Below are positions 7,029 to 13,972 of a DNA stretch of 54,307 nt, one piece after another (position 1 is the stretch's first letter; the number at the start of each line of letters is the position of its first letter). A program made the translations under genes and the position numbers. A model generated the notes under the pieces. That model was not told the DNA's origin, did no database searches, and was given only the letters and a program-made list of their open reading frames with translations. Source of the stretch: Candidatus Woesearchaeota archaeon (GTDB taxonomy: Archaea > Nanobdellota > Nanobdellia > Woesearchaeales > JABMPP01); contig JABMPP010000111.1 of the NCBI GenBank assembly GCA_013202955.1, positions 1 through 54,307 of the forward strand, read 5' to 3'.

Positions 7029-9250
7029 TGTTGTTTACCTCTAAACAAATCAAAAAATATATATATAAACTACACACATATTTTGATTTAAGTGGTTGTG
7101 GGGATAAAAAAGGGGATTTTTTGATAAACAAACATCTAAAAAACAAATGTATTCTACTTGTTTTAGTGTTATTCTTCTCATTTATGCTAAGCATTAGTTC
7201 AGGTTATGCTACTTTTGTTGATGGCTCAAATGGAGGGTTCAGCAAAGTGCCTGCTTTTAGTGTAAAAGAAGACAGACCAGGAACAGGTAATACTGATGGA
7301 GGCAGTTGTAATGTGAATTGGGACTCCGGAAGACCAGAAGATGATTTGAATTATGATAGAGGAGATTGTAGTTATGATAAAGAATTACAAACTGATGGGT
7401 GCTGGGTATTTGCTACTGAATATGATGGAGGATTTAAGGGTAAAGATGATTGTGCATACGGCAGAATTTATATAAATGACCAATGGGCAGGAGGTGGGTC
7501 TAGTTGTAATAAAGAGATTAATAGCTGGGTCAGCGGTCCTTCTGATGATGATGATGCAGAATGTCTTTTAGATTCTGGTAATTTTGCAATACCAAGTAGT
7601 TATTCAGATTATATTGCAACCTCGCAATTATGTGTTCTATATGATGGTGGTGGTAATGATATTGGTGGTTATTGGTATAGATGCGATTTAACTAATGAGG
7701 GATATGGACTGATAAGCAATGATGTGCAGTTCACATGCAAGGGAATTGTAGATGGTGATGATATTGACAGACTTTGCACAGGATACACATTTTTTTATCA
7801 ATGGGAAGAAACTGATAAGTGTGAGGATCTTGTTTCTGATGGTTTTTGCAGTAATGATTATGGGACAGGAACACCCAACACAATGTTTTCTGCTGGAACA
7901 GAGGGATGCAGAGATCTTTATGGGCAAGACACTGATCTGAGATGTGTAAAATCATCGGAGTGTAGAGATGGAACATGCAATGATGGAGAAGATTTTTCTT
8001 GGTGCCCAGATGACTGCCTTGCGGGTTTTATGTGGAGAAAAGTTGCAATAACATCAACTTCTGATTCCGGTTACCCTGGATTTGGCACAGAGCCTGGAGA
8101 TCAGGCTACTTGTGATAATCCAACTGACTGTGTTTTTGGAGGAGATTGCAGATCTCAGGGGGATTATAAAAGCACATCTTTTGGTCGTGTTGCCTGCTTT
8201 GGGGAAGAAATAAATATAATGGAGAATGCAATAATAGAAAATGATGTTGATTATAAGCCTAATTCAATTGGTATAGATTCACAAGGACATCTGCATGTTG
8301 TTTATATGGATGATGGCTATGTAACATATAAAAAATTTGATGGGACATGGTCAACACCAATATCAATAACAACAGAAAATGGTTATAAAAAACCTTCAAT
8401 TGCTGCTGATGGCAATAATATTTATCTTGTGTTCTTTCGTTCTTCCCTATCAAGCATAGTAAGAGGTATGTATTACACAAAATCAACTGATAATGGGGAA
8501 AATTGGCAAGCATTACAGAAGATAGCAGATATAGAATGGACAAACTCCCGACAATTAGAATCATGGTCATCAATAGCCACAAAAGGAAGCAGTGTTCACA
8601 TTACTTATTTTGATTATTATAACCTTACACACATAAAATCAACAAATAATGGAGGATCATGGTCAACACCAATCACAATTGGAGAGTTGTTGATTTCAGA
8701 TTATCCACATTCAATAGTTATTGGTTCTGACAATAAAGTTCATGTTTCATATGTAACCCATGTTCCTTATGGTGATGATTATTTAAAATATAGATATTAT
8801 TATGGAGGATCGTGGACAGCACAAAGAGGAATAGATAATAGTGGAAGAATTGGAGACACATCAATTGCTGTTGATTCAAATAATTTTATACATATAATTT
8901 ATAACACTAAGGATGCTTATGGTTCTAATAGAAAATTGGAATATGCAAATTCAAGTGATAATGGAGTAACATGGGAAAAAATATTATTAATGAATGGTCC
9001 AGATAATTTTAATTCAATTGGAATAGATGATTATAACAACATACATATGAGTTTTTATTCTGGGAGGCTTAGATATATAAAAAGAACAAATGAAGGAATA
9101 ACTTTAGTTAATACAATTGTTGAAGATCATGCAAGTAATGATGTTGGAATGTTTAATTCATTAGCAGTTGATGTTAATGGAAGAGTTCATCTAATTTATT
9201 CAGAAGGTACAACTGGTAATCTAAAATATACAAAATTAAATTTTGAATAG
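7028..9250 (+). CDS. Secreted Cys-rich protein with C-terminal BNR/Asp-box beta-propeller
   Basis: Signal-like segment KCILLVLVLFFSFMLSISSGYA. The N-terminal half is Cys/Asp/Gly-rich. Asp-box repeats are STDNGENW, STNNGGSW and SSDNGVTW, plus degenerate DGTWSTP and GGSWTAQ. An alternative in-frame TTG start at 7121 sits behind AGGGG. Confidence 0.8.
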   Translation: MLFTSKQIKKYIYKLHTYFDLSGCGDKKGDFLINKHLKNKCILLVLVLFFSFMLSISSGYATFVDGSNGGFSKVPAFSVKEDRPGTGNTDGGSCNVNWDSGRPEDDLNYDRGDCSYDKELQTDGCWVFATEYDGGFKGKDDCAYGRIYINDQWAGGGSSCNKEINSWVSGPSDDDDAECLLDSGNFAIPSSYSDYIATSQLCVLYDGGGNDIGGYWYRCDLTNEGYGLISNDVQFTCKGIVDGDDIDRLCTGYTFFYQWEETDKCEDLVSDGFCSNDYGTGTPNTMFSAGTEGCRDLYGQDTDLRCVKSSECRDGTCNDGEDFSWCPDDCLAGFMWRKVAITSTSDSGYPGFGTEPGDQATCDNPTDCVFGGDCRSQGDYKSTSFGRVACFGEEINIMENAIIENDVDYKPNSIGIDSQGHLHVVYMDDGYVTYKKFDGTWSTPISITTENGYKKPSIAADGNNIYLVFFRSSLSSIVRGMYYTKSTDNGENWQALQKIADIEWTNSRQLESWSSIATKGSSVHITYFDYYNLTHIKSTNNGGSWSTPITIGELLISDYPHSIVIGSDNKVHVSYVTHVPYGDDYLKYRYYYGGSWTAQRGIDNSGRIGDTSIAVDSNNFIHIIYNTKDAYGSNRKLEYANSSDNGVTWEKILLMNGPDNFNSIGIDDYNNIHMSFYSGRLRYIKRTNEGITLVNTIVEDHASNDVGMFNSLAVDVNGRVHLIYSEGTTGNLKYTKLNFE

Positions 9251-9258
9251 GTGAAAAA

Positions 9259-9501
9259 ATGAAAAAAATAGCCATAATGGTCATGATGTTGCTGCTAATC
9301 GGAACAGTCATAACAGGAGTGATAATGGCTGCAGGTTCAGGGGAAGATATTGGAGATCCCTGCAAAGAAGATTTATCTAGTTGTGAAAGCTGGTGCGAAG
9401 ATGCAGTAGTAGATGGTGAGATAAAAACCGCAGCTAATTTGCTGACAAATCCAAGCTTTGAGATAATAAGCATAATCTCTAGTACAGCACCAGAGGAATA
9501 A
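9259..9501 (+). CDS. Small secreted protein, paralog of the N-terminus of the following giant protein
   Basis: 80 aa with a signal peptide or TM segment (MKKIAIMVMMLLLIGTVITGVIMAAG). It carries CKEDLSSCESWCED....DGEI, the same C-x6-C-x3-C...GEI spacing as residues about 35-56 of the 9503 ORF. Confidence 0.55.
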   Translation: MKKIAIMVMMLLLIGTVITGVIMAAGSGEDIGDPCKEDLSSCESWCEDAVVDGEIKTAANLLTNPSFEIISIISSTAPEE

Positions 9502-9502
9502 T

Positions 9503-12500
9503 ATGAAAATATTGAATAACAAGCAGTCTGGTATTTTTTTATTAGCTTTAGTTATGCTTATTGCCGGCTCTTATAATGTCCAGCCAATTGGAACATGGTA
9601 TGATTGTGATTATAGTATACAAACCTGTGAAGATTTTTGTGATAATGATTGGGGAATAGCTGGAGAGATTGTTGGAGAATACACAGACACAACAACAGAG
9701 ATGTGCTGTGGTGATGATGCATCTGAAGAATTTTCAAGTTTTGGCAAAAGTATTAGTATTGCATGGGATCATAGTGATGTTGATATTTGTTGTGATGGTA
9801 ATTCATGTGTTGATCCATTCACATCAACATGCGAACCTGTTGGCCAGAAAGAATTTTCCGGTCAAACAGATGATAAGTATGCATATTGCAGTGGTTCAAC
9901 AAATTGGGCAGATTGTGATGGAGGAACAACAGCAACACCAATCTGTTCTATTCCTGATGGCTCATATGTTCCTGCAGGAGAGATTGTTGGAGAATATGAA
10001 GATTTGGAAACAATAGAGTTCTGCGGTGATGATGATGGTGAATATTACAGGCACAATCAAAATGGAGATGATTTTGGTGGGGATGGATGCTGTAACAGTG
10101 ACACTGATTGTGTTTATTATAACACTTCTTGGAATGATGCTGAGGGCGGTCACCCTATGACCTGCTTTTCAACAGGCACTCACCATCTTGGAAAATATTG
10201 TAATATTGGAGAATGGGAAGATCAGGATTACAGCCATGAAGTAACCCAAGATATTTATTCTGTTCCATACTGCAATTTTGAGGCTTCTAATACTACAGAT
10301 TACTTTGAATGTGATGTTTATTGTGACACTTATGATGATGAGGACCCAACAGATGGATTTTGCTGTGGAGATGACGCTGATGAATATTATATAGATGATA
10401 GAAGCACAAATGGTGGAAGAGCATGCTGTAATGATGACAGTTATTGTGTAGATTCTTCTAACGGGTGCAGAATAGGAACAGAGAATTATGAAACAAATAA
10501 TAGAGATGGCACTAATACCTGCACAGATGGTCTTGACAATGACTGTGATGGATCAATAGACAGTGCCCAGGAATTAAGTGACTGTCCATCTTGCGGAAAT
10601 GGTAACTGTAGTATTATGATAGTTGGTAATAATGAAGTGATTGAAAATGCAGCTAACTGTCCTGCAGACTGCATGGGAGAATTTGTTGGATGGGAGTTCA
10701 CTGATGATTCAAAAGTAAATCTTTCCAACACACAAACAAGAAACGGTTCATATTCACTTAATTTATTTGGAACAGGTTCTGTTGTTGCATTCCAAACAAT
10801 AGAGGGTTTAACAGAATATGACGCATATGTTGTATTTGGTCATGTAAAAAAGATTTCTGGTAGTCCGCTTGTTACAATGGTTGTTACTGATGGCCTTGGA
10901 AACACAATTGATATGTATGATTCAATAATAGCACCACCAGAATGGACAAGATTAGAGTTAGTTGTTGCTGTTCCTGTATCTGGAAAATTAAAAATCAAGT
11001 TAGCAAAACAAACAACAGGAAGTGTTGTTTTTGATGATGTTGCTGTTATAAAGAAGGATCATTATGTTGATGACCCTATTCCTTATTTTGATTCAAATTA
11101 TAGATATGGGTGCTGTGAACCAGACCAGTGCTGGACTGGGTTTGGATGCCAGGAGCTAACTGATGAGCATTTAGGATTTAATGAGAGTCCGGTTCCTGTT
11201 TGTGTAGAAGATGGAACAGATGTTTTATGGAAACTGCCTTATAAAAAACAGCATTGGTATTCTAATGTTATAGAAGAAAAAAGATATGCATATTGTCCAT
11301 TAGATAATCAATGCTGGCAATCAAGTGCAGGGGATGGTTTATCAGAAACAGTTGATATGTGTGTAAATAAAGGAGATATTTCAAGAGGAAAAGATATATT
11401 TTGTGATGGATGGACATCAAGAACAAGCTTGTTGGCTGCAAATATACTTAATCTCTCAAAAACATATGATGGGGATTTAACAGATCATGATGATTATACA
11501 TTAGTGTGCGACAGCGCAAGATGCTTTGATTGGCATAACATGGCCTTAGACTTAGATCTGCCAGGTGTGATGGATAATTGCAAAGACAGAGGGCTTGTGT
11601 GCACATACAAATCAGGAGACACTTTAATTGCAGGATTTTTGCTTGATAATAATGTCCCACTTCCTTCAGATCATGGTGATGGTTCATGTAATAAAGGTCC
11701 CAATTATTATCTTGATCCTTTTGAAACAGACCATCCTGACTCAAATCCTAAATGCTATCTGCAGGAAATATTAGGAATGAATTGGGGATACCAAAATGAT
11801 AATGCGCTTGTTATAGATTTTGATTTTGAACCATACTTTACTGATGCAGGAGTATATCAAAGTCCACATCCAAATTCTGTTTATCCTTTTACTGAAAATG
11901 TGCATAAAATACAAAGCATGGGATTCAACAATGCAACAAGAATGGTTATCTTCAGCAATGAAGAGTTATCTTATGAATCTCTTGGTGACGGAATTGATAA
12001 TAGCATATTAGGAGAAGAATTTGAGAGCTGGAAAAAATACAAAGATGGAATACTTGATATCCCAACTAATATTGTTGAGTTAAGTGATTGGTTCTTCCTT
12101 GCTGATGATAATTTTGACACAATAATGATAAACAAGAAAGGAGACAAAAGAGTTGAAGCAATAATAGAGACAAAATATAATCCATATAATTATTTTGGGG
12201 TTTTCTATGAGAATATTACATCAAATGAGATTTGCCAGAATCTTGAAAATACTTATATTGATCCTTTAGTTAGTGGACATTTTCCAGGCGAAATGCAATG
12301 GTATTTTAATTGCACAAACACTAGTGATTCATCTCATAGTTTTATAGGGTGTGGAAGTGCTATCTGGCCATGCTATGAAAATGAAGAGATGATTTATCAA
12401 GAAGATAGTTTATTTGCTGACAAGAAAAGATTTGAATATTATATCTGGAATGATTTAACAAAAAGATTTAGAGGATTTAAGGATTGTATTATGGAAGATG

Positions 12501-13939
12501 GTTATGATGTATCAAGCATTCCTGACTATTATATAGATAGTATGACAAATGAAGAAGACTTTATCTCTTATGAAAACAGGCAGACAGAAGGATGTTGTGA
12601 AACAGCACAATGTTGGGATGGGTTTGGGTGTGTTGATTCTTATTCACTATTTGATTATGATGGGGAAGACCCAACATATATATGTGTTGATGGAGATTGG
12701 GGATTAGGTTATAATAGCTCTGACTGGGAGAATGTTGAGAGTGGATATTGTGCTCATGAATACCAGTGCTATGTTTCAGGAACAGCTTATGATAATGAAT
12801 TTTGGGTTGGAAGTTATGATGAATCAGATTTTACACCTACAGGCTGCACAAAAGAGCCTGGTGCGTTTTATAATGACCATTATTGTCTGAACACAAACTG
12901 GACAACAAGAACTGCAGTGCTTGCAGCTGGATTCCTTAACTTTACAGAGCCTGCTGATGTTGGAGAGTTCACATTATTCTGCGACAACTATTCAAACACG
13001 CTTAATATTTATCAAGACATAAATTATAGTAACATGAACAAGGTATGTGTGTTGAAATATCATGACCTGGTTGAAGATAAAATAAAAGTTGCTGTTGGAA
13101 CATCATTGAATGATGATGTTTCTTTATTCCTTGATAGGATGCCTGATGTAAATGAAAATGCATGTGAGGGCAAGGGAGAGGATGGATTTGAGGCTTGCCT
13201 CTCTGATATATTATGGTGGGATGATAATAAGAAGATTATTGTTTATAATGAAGATGGTATGGAGTTCGGGCAGCAAGGATTCTTGCAAGAATTATGGGAT
13301 TTCTTATTGAACCCAATAGAGTCTGTTATTGACTGGGTAATGAGCTTATTTTCCGAAGAAACAATTACAGCTCCTGAGGACTTTGACAAGTTCTATGCTG
13401 TTAGACAAGAAGGAAGAAACATAAGCGCAGTTGTTGTTGAAAAGCATCAGCCATATGTGTTAATATCATACAGAGGATTTGTCACAAATATTACAAGCAC
13501 AATGCAAAGAAGAGATGAGATGATTGAGGTAAGTGAAACAGGAGATGGATTTGATGTTTCATCAACAGTGTTTGATATCCTGAACAGAGATTGGACATCA
13601 ATCACTGCAAGATTAAGATTAAAGCCAATGAGTCTTATCAATGATCCACCTGTTGTTAATATGCCCGATATACAGCTTAATGAGGATTTGTTTGCAATTA
13701 TTGGTTTGGATAATCGTGTTGATGATCCTGATAACTTAGATTCTGAGATAACATGGACATATTCAGGAAACACACATATAAATATCATTATCACTCCAAC
13801 AACTCGTGTTGTTATATTCTCAAATAGATCCAGTTATGTTGGAGAGCCAGAAATAATCACTTTCACAGCAACAGATCCTGAAGGACTGTCTGATTCAGAT
13901 GACACAACAGTTAGTTCGCCATTATTAATACCAAGATAA
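9503..13939 (+). CDS. Giant (1478 aa) secreted Cys-rich surface protein with CBM-like jelly-roll, duplicated CCE..QCW.GFGC modules and a C-terminal cadherin/Ig-like domain
   Basis: Single uninterrupted ORF with an N-terminal hydrophobic anchor. Contains GEIVGEY...CCGDD repeats, a CTDGLDNDCDGSID motif and a CBM4/9-like segment (GWEFTDD...VFDDVAV). A module of about 495 aa is duplicated internally. The C-terminal segment PPVVN...ITFTATDPEGLSDSD is Ig/cadherin-like. Confidence 0.85.
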   Translation: MKILNNKQSGIFLLALVMLIAGSYNVQPIGTWYDCDYSIQTCEDFCDNDWGIAGEIVGEYTDTTTEMCCGDDASEEFSSFGKSISIAWDHSDVDICCDGNSCVDPFTSTCEPVGQKEFSGQTDDKYAYCSGSTNWADCDGGTTATPICSIPDGSYVPAGEIVGEYEDLETIEFCGDDDGEYYRHNQNGDDFGGDGCCNSDTDCVYYNTSWNDAEGGHPMTCFSTGTHHLGKYCNIGEWEDQDYSHEVTQDIYSVPYCNFEASNTTDYFECDVYCDTYDDEDPTDGFCCGDDADEYYIDDRSTNGGRACCNDDSYCVDSSNGCRIGTENYETNNRDGTNTCTDGLDNDCDGSIDSAQELSDCPSCGNGNCSIMIVGNNEVIENAANCPADCMGEFVGWEFTDDSKVNLSNTQTRNGSYSLNLFGTGSVVAFQTIEGLTEYDAYVVFGHVKKISGSPLVTMVVTDGLGNTIDMYDSIIAPPEWTRLELVVAVPVSGKLKIKLAKQTTGSVVFDDVAVIKKDHYVDDPIPYFDSNYRYGCCEPDQCWTGFGCQELTDEHLGFNESPVPVCVEDGTDVLWKLPYKKQHWYSNVIEEKRYAYCPLDNQCWQSSAGDGLSETVDMCVNKGDISRGKDIFCDGWTSRTSLLAANILNLSKTYDGDLTDHDDYTLVCDSARCFDWHNMALDLDLPGVMDNCKDRGLVCTYKSGDTLIAGFLLDNNVPLPSDHGDGSCNKGPNYYLDPFETDHPDSNPKCYLQEILGMNWGYQNDNALVIDFDFEPYFTDAGVYQSPHPNSVYPFTENVHKIQSMGFNNATRMVIFSNEELSYESLGDGIDNSILGEEFESWKKYKDGILDIPTNIVELSDWFFLADDNFDTIMINKKGDKRVEAIIETKYNPYNYFGVFYENITSNEICQNLENTYIDPLVSGHFPGEMQWYFNCTNTSDSSHSFIGCGSAIWPCYENEEMIYQEDSLFADKKRFEYYIWNDLTKRFRGFKDCIMEDGYDVSSIPDYYIDSMTNEEDFISYENRQTEGCCETAQCWDGFGCVDSYSLFDYDGEDPTYICVDGDWGLGYNSSDWENVESGYCAHEYQCYVSGTAYDNEFWVGSYDESDFTPTGCTKEPGAFYNDHYCLNTNWTTRTAVLAAGFLNFTEPADVGEFTLFCDNYSNTLNIYQDINYSNMNKVCVLKYHDLVEDKIKVAVGTSLNDDVSLFLDRMPDVNENACEGKGEDGFEACLSDILWWDDNKKIIVYNEDGMEFGQQGFLQELWDFLLNPIESVIDWVMSLFSEETITAPEDFDKFYAVRQEGRNISAVVVEKHQPYVLISYRGFVTNITSTMQRRDEMIEVSETGDGFDVSSTVFDILNRDWTSITARLRLKPMSLINDPPVVNMPDIQLNEDLFAIIGLDNRVDDPDNLDSEITWTYSGNTHINIIITPTTRVVIFSNRSSYVGEPEIITFTATDPEGLSDSDDTTVSSPLLIPR

Positions 13940-13972
13940 GGAAATGAATAAAAACATTTATATATATTTAAG

